Below, in pieces: positions 1 through 11,224 of a DNA stretch of 64,000 bases. This stretch comes from a virus. Where the stretch lies: positions 1-64,000 of the IMG/VR virus record IMGVR_UViG_3300027804_000046, one strand, 5' to 3'. Position numbers and translations under genes: made by a program. Under the pieces are notes generated by a model that was given only the letters and a program-made list of their open reading frames with translations, did not search any database and was not told where the DNA came from. The first letter of the stretch is position 1. Each line of letters begins with the position of its first letter.

Positions 1-2
1 TT

Positions 3-395
3 GTAAATGGTAGAATATCCAAGATTACTGTATTAAATAGAGGCTCTAACTATACTCGCGCAAATATTAGCATTGATGGTGGCGGTGGATCAGAAGCCGC
101 AGCATCGGCTGTTCTAGAAGCAAGAACAGGTATTCTTAGAACGTTCTACTTCGAAAATAATGGTGAAAAAATCATTGTTAATCCAAATGCAGGAACAATC
201 GATTACAATACAGGTCAAGTCTTCTTACAATCGCTTACTGTTCAGTCATTAGTTCCTAATGATTTCTATCCAGCCGATGTTCTTACATTCAACATACCTG
301 CTCAGAATGAAATTATTCCTCCTTTGAGAAACAGAATAATTAGTATTGACGAAGGTGATCCTTTTGCCATCCAACTTAGAGTAGAAGCTGAATAA
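3..395 (+). CDS. gp6: Baseplate wedge subunit gp6, 3' end (partial)
   Basis: Frame 3 is open to TAA at 393-395: ...NAGTIDYNTGQV...PAQNEIIPPLRNRIISID...EAE*. The GTIDY.TG motif and the position before gp7 fit; the stop overlaps the next ATG. Confidence 0.8.
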   Translation, partial: VNGRISKITVLNRGSNYTRANISIDGGGGSEAAASAVLEARTGILRTFYFENNGEKIIVNPNAGTIDYNTGQVFLQSLTVQSLVPNDFYPADVLTFNIPAQNEIIPPLRNRIISIDEGDPFAIQLRVEAE

Positions 396-3019
396 TGGCT
401 AATACAAACGTAGGCATTTCAAATTTTGTAAACTCTCAGGCACCATTCTTTGTTAGGAATGATCACCCTACTTTTGTTAAATTCATTGAGGCATATTACC
501 AGTATCTTGAGCAAGAAGGTAAGACAATTGAGAGAGCAAAAGGATTTCGTGATGCTCTTGATCCAGATAAGACAATCGATTTATATTCCGAAAAACTATA
601 CAATCAATTCTTAAGTCTTCTGCCTGAAAAGACCATCGCTGACAAGTCTTTGTTGATTAAACACATCAAAGACTTCTATCGCGCAAGAGGTACCGAGAAA
701 TCAATTGAATTTCTGTTGGCCATTCTGTATGATATGGAAACAGATTTCTATTATCCAAAAAGAGATATTCTCAAAGCATCTGACGGTAAGTGGTATCAAG
801 AAAAGTCACTTAAAGTTTTTGATATTCAGGTAAACAACACCTCTGATCCAGGCATATACACAGCCAAGAACTTTACTGGTCGTCAAATCCGTGGTAGCAC
901 ATCAAACGCAACTGCAACGGTAGAATCAGTAGATGTCTACTATGAGAATGGTGTTATTGTTAAAGAACTTAAGGTTTCTAACCAGGTAAGAGACTTTGTT
1001 GCTGGTGAAAAAGTTAATGCTCTTTTTGAAGAAGAAGGTCAAGTCAAATACATTTCGGCTAATGTGTTCTCTGGTATCATTGTTAGAGTTGACATATTAA
1101 ACAGAGGTAATAACTATTCTATCGGTGATACTGCCATAATAGAAAGCAATACAGGTTCTGGCGGCGTTATTGTCGTATCTTCTATTTCCTCAGCAGCAAT
1201 CAAAACAATTTCAGCGACCGATGGTGGTGCAGGATTTCAAAACACTAATTTAATATTGGTATCAAGTCCTACAGGCACTGGTGCAAACGCTCTTATATCT
1301 CTTGTTAATACTGACGAGTCTGTTCACCCTAATTCATACAATATTGTGATATCTACAATTGCATCGGAAGCAAACACAGTTATTGGCAATCTTTCTGCAT
1401 CATTATATGAAACACTTGCTTATCCTAACTTAGATGTTGTTTTAGTAACTGTTCCTCCAGTTACATCAAATCTTGTTGCCAACTCTGCTTCTGGTACATT
1501 AGTTGATAAATTGTATTTTAATCAGCTTATTGCAAATTCCAATGTTTATTTCAAAACTGGTGACTCATTAAATGTCTATAATGTGTCTACAGGTACCAAC
1601 TACATTTTATACATTTCATCCAATACAGTAAACACGACAAACGTTCAGTTTACACCACAGATACCAGGCAATATCAGTTTCGAGAGAGTTGATGTTTGGA
1701 CAGCACCATTCTCAGCATACTCTAACTTGACCATAAGCTGCGGAACAGGTGCAAGTGTTACAACTATCAACCTGTCGGCATGGAAAGCAAATTCGAACGT
1801 ATTCTTTGAAACATTCGATAACATTTATTGCTTTGGCACCAATGTAACAATAACAAAGTCCAATTCTATCACTAGTCAATTGACAGTAAGTCCTGGTTTG
1901 CCTGGACCACTAACAAATGAACCATTTCAAGTTATCAAGAAACCGAGTTTGTATACTTCACTAGCAAACTCTATGCAATTCTTTACGTATGCAAACACTG
2001 GACCAATACAGAGAATTGTGGTTCTTAATGGTGGTCAAAACTATATCAGTAATACCACATTGTCAGCACAAGCTAACACAAGAGTTAAAGACCTTGGTAT
2101 TCTCGGTAAGATGGCAATTGTTCATGCTGGTAGTGGTTATGCTGTAAATGATGAGATTGAGATAATCAATCAGCCATATGCCACTGTTGGTGCTGGCGTT
2201 GGTGCGAGAGGATATGTTGCATCCGTAAATGGAACAGGCGTAATCACAAGTGTCAAGTTTAAGGAAGTACCAGGTCATTACATTGGTGGTTCTGGCTACA
2301 ATATGCTTCAATTACCAAGAGCAAATGTATTGTCTGGAACAGGTGTAGGCGCAAACATTGCTGTTACGGCTGTCTTAGGCGCTGGTGAAAAAATGATAAG
2401 CACATCTGATGATATCGGTGCCATTCTTTCATTGACAATCTTCTCAGGCGGTTCTGGATACAAGACACCGCCAACGATCAATTTGAAGCATCTAGGTTCT
2501 GGAACCGCTCAGGTAAATTCTACAATTGTTCAGGGTGTATTCACATATCCTGGTCGTTATCTAAACGATGACGGTCATCTTAGCAGCTTTAACTTCTTGC
2601 AAGACGGAAGATATTATCACAATTATTCATATGTTGTGCGTATCAAGCAAGCCATTTCAAACTATAGAAAAGCATTGAAAGACCTAGCGCATCCTGCTGG
2701 TATGAGTTTGTTCGGCGAATACACATCTGTTGACAATGGTGAAACGATGAATGTTCAGGTAAGAACCGAAACACAAACAAATGAGATAATATACAGACCT
2801 GCCACATATAATGCAAATCTAGGCAACATTCGCATATTTAAAACTTCACACGGCTTGGTATCAGGAAACAATGTTTACTTGGAATTCCAATCAGGAAATA
2901 CTATAAATATCATGAATGGTATCTTTACTGTCACAACATCAAATGCTAATACATTCTTTGTTGTTCAATCTAACACGGTAAATACATCTGGTAATGTGTA
3001 TTATGGTATAATACAATAA
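395..3019 (+). CDS. gp7: Baseplate wedge initiator gp7-like protein
   Basis: N-terminal FVKFIEAYYQYLE...IKHIKDFYRARGTEKSIEFL...YPKRDILKASDGKW and C-terminal LQDGRYYHNYSYVVR...HPAGM are typical of T4-like gp7; lies between gp6 and gp8. Confidence 0.8.
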   Translation: MANTNVGISNFVNSQAPFFVRNDHPTFVKFIEAYYQYLEQEGKTIERAKGFRDALDPDKTIDLYSEKLYNQFLSLLPEKTIADKSLLIKHIKDFYRARGTEKSIEFLLAILYDMETDFYYPKRDILKASDGKWYQEKSLKVFDIQVNNTSDPGIYTAKNFTGRQIRGSTSNATATVESVDVYYENGVIVKELKVSNQVRDFVAGEKVNALFEEEGQVKYISANVFSGIIVRVDILNRGNNYSIGDTAIIESNTGSGGVIVVSSISSAAIKTISATDGGAGFQNTNLILVSSPTGTGANALISLVNTDESVHPNSYNIVISTIASEANTVIGNLSASLYETLAYPNLDVVLVTVPPVTSNLVANSASGTLVDKLYFNQLIANSNVYFKTGDSLNVYNVSTGTNYILYISSNTVNTTNVQFTPQIPGNISFERVDVWTAPFSAYSNLTISCGTGASVTTINLSAWKANSNVFFETFDNIYCFGTNVTITKSNSITSQLTVSPGLPGPLTNEPFQVIKKPSLYTSLANSMQFFTYANTGPIQRIVVLNGGQNYISNTTLSAQANTRVKDLGILGKMAIVHAGSGYAVNDEIEIINQPYATVGAGVGARGYVASVNGTGVITSVKFKEVPGHYIGGSGYNMLQLPRANVLSGTGVGANIAVTAVLGAGEKMISTSDDIGAILSLTIFSGGSGYKTPPTINLKHLGSGTAQVNSTIVQGVFTYPGRYLNDDGHLSSFNFLQDGRYYHNYSYVVRIKQAISNYRKALKDLAHPAGMSLFGEYTSVDNGETMNVQVRTETQTNEIIYRPATYNANLGNIRIFKTSHGLVSGNNVYLEFQSGNTINIMNGIFTVTTSNANTFFVVQSNTVNTSGNVYYGIIQ

Positions 3020-3027
3020 GGTAAAAA

Positions 3028-4365
3028 ATGACATTTTCAGTTTATTCAAAAAACTTAAACATCTATAATGCAGAACAGTTTAAGGAATCTGTAACCGAAG
3101 CTGCCAATTCCAGCTTGTATTTTACAATTGGAAAAGTAGAACCTTGGGCCAATGACTCTGCGCCACTTCAGGCTAACAGTTCAGTGACTTCTCTATATGA
3201 AGTCTACCGTAACATGATCGGCGCCAAGAAGATTACAGGCAATGACCTGTACCATTGTATTCCAAGAATAGACTGGACGCAAGGTGTCATCTATGATCGT
3301 TATGACCATTGCACATGTTCATTAATGCTCTTTAATCCAAATACTAAGTTCTATATTGTAACTCCTAACTGGGATGTTTACAAGTGCATTTCAAATAATA
3401 ATGGTGCACCGTCACAGAATGTTCCTATTCAGAAGATCACGACAGGTACAGTTCAGGAAACTGACGGTTATATCTGGAAATATATGTACACTATTTCTCC
3501 TGCTGAACAACTCAGATTTACAACCGACGAATATATTCCAGTAAAAACTCTTGCTAATGATGATGCGTCTTTGCAGTGGGATGTTCAAGAAGGTGCAATT
3601 GACGGCGGTCTAGAATTTATTCAGGTTGTCAATGGCGGTCAAGACTATAGCGATAACACCAAACTTTGGATTACAATTACTGGAGACGGAACAGGAGCAA
3701 ACGCATTTGCTCAAACTAATGTAATTTCAAATACAATTTCTGCGATAGTTATTGATAGACCAGGCACAGGATATACCTATGCAGGTATTCAGGTATATGA
3801 TGATTCAACGAGCGGTATTGGTGCCGTATTGAGAGCAGTTATTAGTCCACCTGGTGGTCATGGTTCTGATCCTATGCGCGAACTTGGCGGTAGTAATCTT
3901 ATGATTAACATGAGACTAAGATATGATGAAAATGGCAAGTTACCTGTTACAAATGACTTTAGACAGATATCGCTAATCAAAGATCCTTACGTTTATGGCA
4001 CTATAAATGTAAAAACTAATACTGCATTTTCTCAATTAACAACTCTAACACTATCTGGTGTTGGTGATGACAATTTTGTTGAAGATGAAGTTGTTTATCA
4101 AGGTCTATTTCCAAATACAACATTCACTGGAACTGTAGTCGCATGGAATGGATCAAATCAACTTAAATTGGCTAACACAACAGGTTCAGTGATAGCATCT
4201 ACACTAATAGGACTAACATCTGGTGCAACAGGAACAGTTTCAATTCCTATTACCGTACCAGAAGTTGCTCCTTATTCTGGACAACTTCTATATATAGATA
4301 ATATAAAACCAATAATTAGGTCTTCGGATCAGATCGAAGATTTCAAAATAGTTCTGAAATTTTAA
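3028..4365 (+). CDS. gp8: Baseplate wedge subunit gp8
   Basis: VYKCISNN, DGYIWKYMYTI, ISPPGGHGSDP..ELG, NDFRQI.LIKDP and C-terminal PI.RS.DQIEDFKIVLKF. Confidence 0.9.
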   Translation: MTFSVYSKNLNIYNAEQFKESVTEAANSSLYFTIGKVEPWANDSAPLQANSSVTSLYEVYRNMIGAKKITGNDLYHCIPRIDWTQGVIYDRYDHCTCSLMLFNPNTKFYIVTPNWDVYKCISNNNGAPSQNVPIQKITTGTVQETDGYIWKYMYTISPAEQLRFTTDEYIPVKTLANDDASLQWDVQEGAIDGGLEFIQVVNGGQDYSDNTKLWITITGDGTGANAFAQTNVISNTISAIVIDRPGTGYTYAGIQVYDDSTSGIGAVLRAVISPPGGHGSDPMRELGGSNLMINMRLRYDENGKLPVTNDFRQISLIKDPYVYGTINVKTNTAFSQLTTLTLSGVGDDNFVEDEVVYQGLFPNTTFTGTVVAWNGSNQLKLANTTGSVIASTLIGLTSGATGTVSIPITVPEVAPYSGQLLYIDNIKPIIRSSDQIEDFKIVLKF

Positions 4366-4384
4366 GGCAATTTAGGATATAAAA

Positions 4385-7300
4385 ATGGCAAAAGCAAATG
4401 TTGCAAATACGCTGGTAGTTCCAACAGAAACAACCGTATTTCCGTATTATGATGATTTTAACGAAGAAAAGAATTTCTATCGTATTCTCTTTAGACCAGG
4501 ATATGCTGTCCAGGCTAGAGAACTTACACAAGTCCAGACTATTTTGCAAAATCAGATCGAAAGATTTGGTCGACACATTTTTGAAAACGGTTCGTCTGTT
4601 ATTGGTGGTGAAGTATACTTTCCGCCAAACGTTTATGCAACAATCAATCTAAATCCTACTTTTGCCAATACCAACATTGACGTAAACACTTTCGATAAGA
4701 AAGTTATTGTATCTACTGACGCTGCCAACACAATTCAGTTTAGAGTTTCCAACGTTGCTGGTCCAACAGCAAATGATCCTCCTGTATTATTTGGTACATA
4801 CATTTCTTCACAACAGTTTAACGACAATCAAACTTTTGTCCTAAAAGATAATCCTACAATAAACGCAAACACGGCGGTAGCAAACTCTGCTTCTTTCAGT
4901 AAGTTTGCTGGCATAAAAGATAGCATATTCTTTTATAATGGATACTTTATTAAAGTACCAGCTCAAGTTGCAGTCATTGGTAAATATCAAACTCTTCCGT
5001 CATGTCGTGTTGGTTTAGAGTTAAATGATGCTATTGTAACAGAACAATCTGATACATCTCTCCTTGATCCTGCGCAGGAATCTTTTAACTATCAAGCTCC
5101 TGGTGCATCAAGATATAAAGCGGATTTAGTATTATCTTCTAGAAGTCTTGACAGTGCCGACACAGAAAAGTTTATTGAACTTGCTAGAATTCAAAATGGT
5201 TCTATTCGAAATATAGTCAAATATCCTTTGTATTCTGAAATTGAAGAAGTTTTTGCCCGTAGAACATATGACGAGTCTGGCAACTATACAGTAAACCCAT
5301 TCCTTCTTACTCTAGAAGAAAGCGAGATTGATAGAAACTTATTTGTTAATGCCGTTCTTTCTCCAGGAAAAGGTTATGTTTCAGGTTATGAAATTGAAAC
5401 AGTAGGCAAGACAGAAATTAATATTGAAAAGGGCAGAACCCTAGAATCGGTAGATGCATATGACTTAAACATGAACTATGGTAATTATGTCATAGTAGAA
5501 AACTTGCGTGGCGTTTTCGACACAACAAAGATGGAAAACTTTGACATTCATTGTGCTCCATGGGCCAATGTTAATTATTCAAACACAACTTACTATAATA
5601 CAACAAAGATAGGTACAGGTCGAATTAAAGACCTAGAATTCTTCTCTGGTGATGTTGATGTTGATGCACGTAAGTATGAATTCTATCTATTTGATACCGA
5701 TTTCATTAGCATTTCATCGAATGTTGCCTATACAGACAACGTTTCTACTATTAGATTATTTGGACCAACAACCAATGTTGCAAATGCATATGTAGATGCT
5801 GTGTTAAAGACAGCAACAGGATCACATACAATTGATGAATATGATCCTGCAACTCGTAATCTTAGACTGCGAACAGAATTGTTTGAAGGACTTTCAAATA
5901 CATCTAATGTTTCAATTCAGTTTAGCTTTAAGAGTGCCGATTCGTTTGTTATTCATGGACCATTTACAGTTGGTGCTACATCAAATGCATACACAAACAT
6001 TTCAACATTGAACAAATCTGGTTCAACAGCAAATGGAACAGCATTTATTAGCGAATCGTCTTTAAGTTCGCTACTGTTTCCATTGCCTGAGAAGTTTATT
6101 GCATATGGTGCAAATGGCATTCAAAACATGTCATACTCATATAGAAATAAGTATACAACATCATTTACTGCTGGTGTGTCCACAGCAATTCAGGTAGAAA
6201 ATAACGAAGATTTTATTGGTGCTACTGCATCTAGCAACATTGCATCAACAATCATGAATAACTTCCTTGTTGTATGTACAGATAAAGGAACAAGTGCAAG
6301 ATCAAATGGCGACATTATTAAGGCAACAGTAACAGTAAGCGGCACTCCTGAACAGGCTGTGTTTAATACAGGAAACACACATCCAAACGATTCTTTCTCT
6401 GCTGTCGTTTTTGCAAAAGTAGAATTTGACCAAGGTGTTGTTCCTAAGCAGAAAACACTTCATCTGATAAACAATGAAACTTTGTCCAGTAACACTCCAA
6501 TTTATCTTCGCAACGATAGAACAAACTCATCGGCAAATGTATATTTGCCTGATGGACAAGTTGTAATATCTAATCCAACAAGAAGTGTAGGCATTCCTGA
6601 AAGTCTTTTCATTACAGATGTTGCTGCCTTTAAAGTATATGACTTAAACGGTGAACTTGTTCCTGGTCCAGGAGAAAGTCTCGGACAATATAATGATGTA
6701 ACTAACAGATATGAACTAGATAATGGACAAAGAGAAGATTATTATGATCATGCTTCAATCAAGCTTAGACCTAACTTTGCATCTTGTCGCGGTCCTCTAA
6801 TCGTATGCTGCCGTTATTATGAACATGCAAATGTTGCTTCTGGTGGTGGTGGTTACTTCTCTGTAGATTCATATAGCGATTTAAGCACAGATATATCAGA
6901 AATGGGTGCATCTATTGGTGATGGATATTCCATTATTCCTCAGTTTGTCAAGAACGACGGAACAGTTATTGAGCTAAGAGACTGCATTGACTTTAGACCT
7001 ACAAGACAAAATGGATCAAACGCTGCTCCAAACTATACATTGAATGGCGTAAGAATACCCTTACCTACAACAGATTTCGAATTGGATTATGAATATTATC
7101 TTGGCAGACGCGACTTGATTGTTCTTACCAAGAATAGAAGATTTGATGTCATTCAAGGTATTCCTTCAAAGTTCCCACAGGATCCTAGTGTTCCGACAGA
7201 CAGCATGGTTCTTTATTCTTTAGGTGTTCCTCCTTACACAGAATATGCAAGTAATGTTACGGTAAAATACGTTGATAATAAGCGTTATACAATGAGAGAT

Positions 7301-7828
7301 ATTGGTAAAATTGATAAGAGAGTTGAAAATCTTGAGTATTATGTTTCTCTGAATACACTAGAAAAGAATGCGCTTGATATTACAATTCCAGACGTTGACG
7401 GACTTGACAGAACTAAGTATGGTGTATTTGTTGATAGCTTCACATCACACGCTCTTGGTAATCCAACTCTACAAGATTATAAGTGCGCTATAGACTTTCA
7501 AAATGGTTGGTTAACAAATCAATCAGAAACTTTTGGCGCAACTCTAAAAGCAAACTTGTCCTTAAGCACAGATGTTTCAATAGGTAAAGATAAGACTTTA
7601 TTGGATTACGAAGAAGTTCCTTTCTTGTTCCAAACACAAGCAACAAAGTTTTCTCCGTGTGCTGAATTCTTATATTCAGTATTTGATGGAAACATCATTA
7701 TGAATCCTGAAGCGGACATCTGGTACAACACACAAAAAGCGCCAAATATTGTAGTCACAGATGAAGGCGTTAATCAGCTAACGATTGATAATATATATCA
7801 AAGCATTGTCAATTCTCAAAAGCGTTGA
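4385..7828 (+). CDS. Large virion structural protein, DUF4815/VrlC-like (N-terminal part)
   Basis: PYYDDF..EKNFYRILFRPGYAVQARELTQ.QTILQNQIERFG, ARRTYDESGNY and NKRYTMRDIGKIDKRVENLEYY motifs. Confidence 0.8.
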   Translation: MAKANVANTLVVPTETTVFPYYDDFNEEKNFYRILFRPGYAVQARELTQVQTILQNQIERFGRHIFENGSSVIGGEVYFPPNVYATINLNPTFANTNIDVNTFDKKVIVSTDAANTIQFRVSNVAGPTANDPPVLFGTYISSQQFNDNQTFVLKDNPTINANTAVANSASFSKFAGIKDSIFFYNGYFIKVPAQVAVIGKYQTLPSCRVGLELNDAIVTEQSDTSLLDPAQESFNYQAPGASRYKADLVLSSRSLDSADTEKFIELARIQNGSIRNIVKYPLYSEIEEVFARRTYDESGNYTVNPFLLTLEESEIDRNLFVNAVLSPGKGYVSGYEIETVGKTEINIEKGRTLESVDAYDLNMNYGNYVIVENLRGVFDTTKMENFDIHCAPWANVNYSNTTYYNTTKIGTGRIKDLEFFSGDVDVDARKYEFYLFDTDFISISSNVAYTDNVSTIRLFGPTTNVANAYVDAVLKTATGSHTIDEYDPATRNLRLRTELFEGLSNTSNVSIQFSFKSADSFVIHGPFTVGATSNAYTNISTLNKSGSTANGTAFISESSLSSLLFPLPEKFIAYGANGIQNMSYSYRNKYTTSFTAGVSTAIQVENNEDFIGATASSNIASTIMNNFLVVCTDKGTSARSNGDIIKATVTVSGTPEQAVFNTGNTHPNDSFSAVVFAKVEFDQGVVPKQKTLHLINNETLSSNTPIYLRNDRTNSSANVYLPDGQVVISNPTRSVGIPESLFITDVAAFKVYDLNGELVPGPGESLGQYNDVTNRYELDNGQREDYYDHASIKLRPNFASCRGPLIVCCRYYEHANVASGGGGYFSVDSYSDLSTDISEMGASIGDGYSIIPQFVKNDGTVIELRDCIDFRPTRQNGSNAAPNYTLNGVRIPLPTTDFELDYEYYLGRRDLIVLTKNRRFDVIQGIPSKFPQDPSVPTDSMVLYSLGVPPYTEYASNVTVKYVDNKRYTMRDIGKIDKRVENLEYYVSLNTLEKNALDITIPDVDGLDRTKYGVFVDSFTSHALGNPTLQDYKCAIDFQNGWLTNQSETFGATLKANLSLSTDVSIGKDKTLLDYEEVPFLFQTQATKFSPCAEFLYSVFDGNIIMNPEADIWYNTQKAPNIVVTDEGVNQLTIDNIYQSIVNSQKR

Positions 7829-7867
7829 AACTAAAAGAATAAATACGTAAAAAAGGTAGTTTAAAAT

Positions 7868-10800
7868 ATGGTAAGTCAGACAGCACAAAATCCAATCATA
7901 ACAGGTGCAGTAACATCTGTTCCTAAATCTGTGCCACAAACAAATCCTAATCCTGCTTTGCAGCAAAATGCACAGGTTGTTACAAATACGACAACGGTAA
8001 CGGAAAGAAATGCTGGCAGTGTTCTGGTTGGTGTCACTGTTATTCCTTTTATGCGATATTTGGCCGTAGACTTTATTGGTTACAGACTAAGACCAAATAG
8101 ACAAGTCTGGTTCTATTTTGATGATAAGCTCATTGATGGATTTGTACAAAGACCAAACATCATTGAAGTGAATACAAATCAAAAAGTAAAAGATATGAGA
8201 GAGGGCCCGCAGAAAACTCTTCGTATCGGAGCTTCTTCTACCGCACGTATTCTTCACGTTGAAAATGACATTAATACAGGAAATACAAAGTTTTACGTAT
8301 CAGAATTTGATGGTCCTACAACGTTTGCTTCAGGTTCGACTGTTACTGTAGACAGTTCAAGTTTTTCTAGCACACTAAAACTATATGAACACTTCTCAGG
8401 TTTTGTTCAGTCTGGAACAACAAATGCTGCAATAAAGCTATCTAGTGACGCTAATGGCACAACTAACGATTATTATACAGGAAATACAATCTGTATCGTT
8501 AACGGAACAAATGCTGGCCAAACTGCCGAAATCATAAGTTACGATGCTGCTACAAGAGTTGCAACAGTTGAACCTGATTTCAAAATTAATCCAGTAGATG
8601 ATGAGTTAATCTATACAATCGGTGATACAAGAAATTGGTACGGAAACAGTGAAGTTCCTACATCTTATGTTACGCCTCGCGGACTTTTGTCTGGTGTGTT
8701 CCATATTCCAGACCCAAACAAAAACAATGTTCAATTTAGAACTGGCGACCGTATCTTCCGTATTCTAGATAATCCTAGAAATGACGTAACATCTTATACA
8801 ACTCGCGCGGACTATCGTTTTACATCAAATGGACTAGACAAGTCTGTAGCACAAGTAATTGAACGCGATGTAGATTTTGGATTTACAGTTATTCCTCCTG
8901 TAACACCAACACCTACACCAACACGAACAGTTACACCTACAAAATCTTTAACACCAACACTCAGTATAACAGCGAGTGCTACACCTACACCAACACGTAC
9001 GGTAACAACAACTGTAACACCAACTGTTACACCAACTCGTAGTCCTACCGAGTCTCCAGATGTTCCTATAACACTTACACCTACACCTACACCAACTCTT
9101 ACGCCGACTAATACGTCTTCGATTACACCAACTCGTACTCCTACACCAACTCGTAGTGTTAGTGTTACACCTACCAGAACACCAACAAAAACTGTTTCTG
9201 TTACACCTTCAACTAAAGTTCTTGACCCTTGTGCAAGAAACAGACAAGCAAGTTCAGATAACTTGAGTTGGACAGTAGCACCAGAAGGACAAAAGTCTTT
9301 AAGTACGCGATATACTAGTTTGGAAAATGGTAATACGCTAGGATTTAATATTAAAAGATTAGTTTTCTGTGATAAAACTGGAAAAATTATTAAAGGTTCT
9401 CCTAATATAAGCCAAACAAAAATAACTAACCCTTCATTTGGTGTATTTGATGAAATACCAATTGAAAGTTTGCCCTGGCGCATTCCAGGAACAACAACAA
9501 CTCCAGCAGCAACAAAATTTACAACACCGACAGATCCTAATGGAAAAACGTATATTACTTCATTTGGCGCAATGGGTATTTACGGTGACGCAATAAATGT
9601 AACAGGACTCAACTTCTGGCAAGTCATGTATGATATGGCTGCTAGTGAAGGACAATGTGTTACTATTCCTCATGATCCTGTGGCTCAAACATTTTATGTG
9701 TCAACATCAGAATATCCTGATGGCGTGTTCGTATCTTCTGTAGACTTGTTCTTTAGAAACAGAGGCGATAGTCTTCCAATTGAAGTTCAGATTCGTCCTG
9801 TAGTAAACGGCGCACCAAGCAGTAATACAGTTATTCCTGGAGCAACAACAACACTAGATAACGACGAGATTAAGATATCAAGTTTCCCTGATGTAGCAAA
9901 TTCTAGTACAAATACCCGCTTCACGTTCCCAAGTCCAGTCTATTTGAACTCTGGATATGAATATGCTGTTGTTGTTATTACTGACGATTATGGTTATGAT
10001 TTCTACGGTACAGCTTTGGGTGAAAAAGTTTTAGGAACAGATACGGTTGTTTCAAAACAACCATTTATGGGTTCAATGTTTAAGTCACAAAATCAGATGA
10101 CTTGGACGCCTCTACAAGATGAAGACATGATGTTTGTTCTTAATAGAGCAAACTTTGTTGATGAAGGTACTATTATATTTGAAGAAGATAAAACAGCTAT
10201 GCGCCGAGAACTTCGTTCAAATGTCAAATATAATTCTTTTGATAGCTTAAAAGCAAACACATACTACGATGCTTTTGAATTAAGATCAGATGCTATTGAA
10301 TTAAAGAATACAAAGATTAATTATTATTATAAAGGTGTTTCAAATGCAACGCAAACTATAGATGCTGCATTTACAAACTTTAAACCAGAACAAAGAGTAG
10401 ATTTAACAAAAAGAAACATTTTGTATAATCCACAATTGTCAAATAAATCAACAACAGTAAGAATTGATTTGTCAACAAAAAACACTCAAGTTTCTCCTGT
10501 TATATACCAAAATATGCAAAACATGGTAACAATTGAAAACTTGATTAACAATACTGGTTTGACAGCAGATAGATTTAACATTGTTGATGGAGGTTCAGGA
10601 TATGATGCAACAAATGCATATCTAACAATTACATCTAATGTTGGTTATGGAGCAAATGCTTGGGCTGTAACAAATACCATAACAGGACAAATTTCTTCAA
10701 TTGTTGTAGATAGTCCTGGTGTAGGATATACGGACAATGTTATTGTTACTGTCGGCGGTGGTTCTGGTTCTGGCGCTGTTGTCAATGTATCTACAGAAAC

Positions 10801-11224
10801 AGGAACATCTGGTGGTCCAGCAATTGCCCGTTATATTTCAAAAACAATTACACTTCTTGATGGTTTTGATGCTGGTGATCTAAGAGTGTTCTTAACTGCT
10901 GTTAAGCCACCTGGTGCTAATGTTAATGTATACTATAAAGTTCGTAACGCTCTTGATCCAGAACGTATTGAAAATAGAAACTGGGAAAGAATGACACAGA
11001 AGACAAGTGAGTTTACATTCTCTACAAATAGAACGCCTATTGAGTATGAATATAGACCATCTATGACATCTAATAATGTTACATATACAACAGATACAAC
11101 AACATATAAAACATTTAATCAGTTTGCAATTAAGATTGTCTTGTCTGCAAACAATACTGTAGCAAGTTCTATTCCTTATGTCCTTGATGTTCGTGCAATA
11201 GCATTGCCTGAGGACGTTTATTAA
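7868..11224 (+). CDS. Virion structural protein (VrlC-like C-terminal part) with a Pro/Thr-rich insert
   Basis: IPFMR, FRTGDRIFRI.D, DPVAQTF...GVFVSSVDLFF, GSMFKSQN..TW and FNQFAIKIVL...DVRAIAL motifs match the C-terminal half of T4-like VrlC-type proteins. Confidence 0.75.
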   Translation: MVSQTAQNPIITGAVTSVPKSVPQTNPNPALQQNAQVVTNTTTVTERNAGSVLVGVTVIPFMRYLAVDFIGYRLRPNRQVWFYFDDKLIDGFVQRPNIIEVNTNQKVKDMREGPQKTLRIGASSTARILHVENDINTGNTKFYVSEFDGPTTFASGSTVTVDSSSFSSTLKLYEHFSGFVQSGTTNAAIKLSSDANGTTNDYYTGNTICIVNGTNAGQTAEIISYDAATRVATVEPDFKINPVDDELIYTIGDTRNWYGNSEVPTSYVTPRGLLSGVFHIPDPNKNNVQFRTGDRIFRILDNPRNDVTSYTTRADYRFTSNGLDKSVAQVIERDVDFGFTVIPPVTPTPTPTRTVTPTKSLTPTLSITASATPTPTRTVTTTVTPTVTPTRSPTESPDVPITLTPTPTPTLTPTNTSSITPTRTPTPTRSVSVTPTRTPTKTVSVTPSTKVLDPCARNRQASSDNLSWTVAPEGQKSLSTRYTSLENGNTLGFNIKRLVFCDKTGKIIKGSPNISQTKITNPSFGVFDEIPIESLPWRIPGTTTTPAATKFTTPTDPNGKTYITSFGAMGIYGDAINVTGLNFWQVMYDMAASEGQCVTIPHDPVAQTFYVSTSEYPDGVFVSSVDLFFRNRGDSLPIEVQIRPVVNGAPSSNTVIPGATTTLDNDEIKISSFPDVANSSTNTRFTFPSPVYLNSGYEYAVVVITDDYGYDFYGTALGEKVLGTDTVVSKQPFMGSMFKSQNQMTWTPLQDEDMMFVLNRANFVDEGTIIFEEDKTAMRRELRSNVKYNSFDSLKANTYYDAFELRSDAIELKNTKINYYYKGVSNATQTIDAAFTNFKPEQRVDLTKRNILYNPQLSNKSTTVRIDLSTKNTQVSPVIYQNMQNMVTIENLINNTGLTADRFNIVDGGSGYDATNAYLTITSNVGYGANAWAVTNTITGQISSIVVDSPGVGYTDNVIVTVGGGSGSGAVVNVSTETGTSGGPAIARYISKTITLLDGFDAGDLRVFLTAVKPPGANVNVYYKVRNALDPERIENRNWERMTQKTSEFTFSTNRTPIEYEYRPSMTSNNVTYTTDTTTYKTFNQFAIKIVLSANNTVASSIPYVLDVRAIALPEDVY
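8895..9215 (+). repeat. Pro/Thr low-complexity coding repeat (TPTPTPTRT...)
   Basis: About 105 aa of (TP)n / TPTRT / SVTP, encoded by acacc-rich repeats. Confidence 0.9.

Noticed and set aside
8812-9483. 223-aa minus-strand Val/Gly-rich ORF
   Set aside because: It is the antisense reading of the Pro/Thr repeat.
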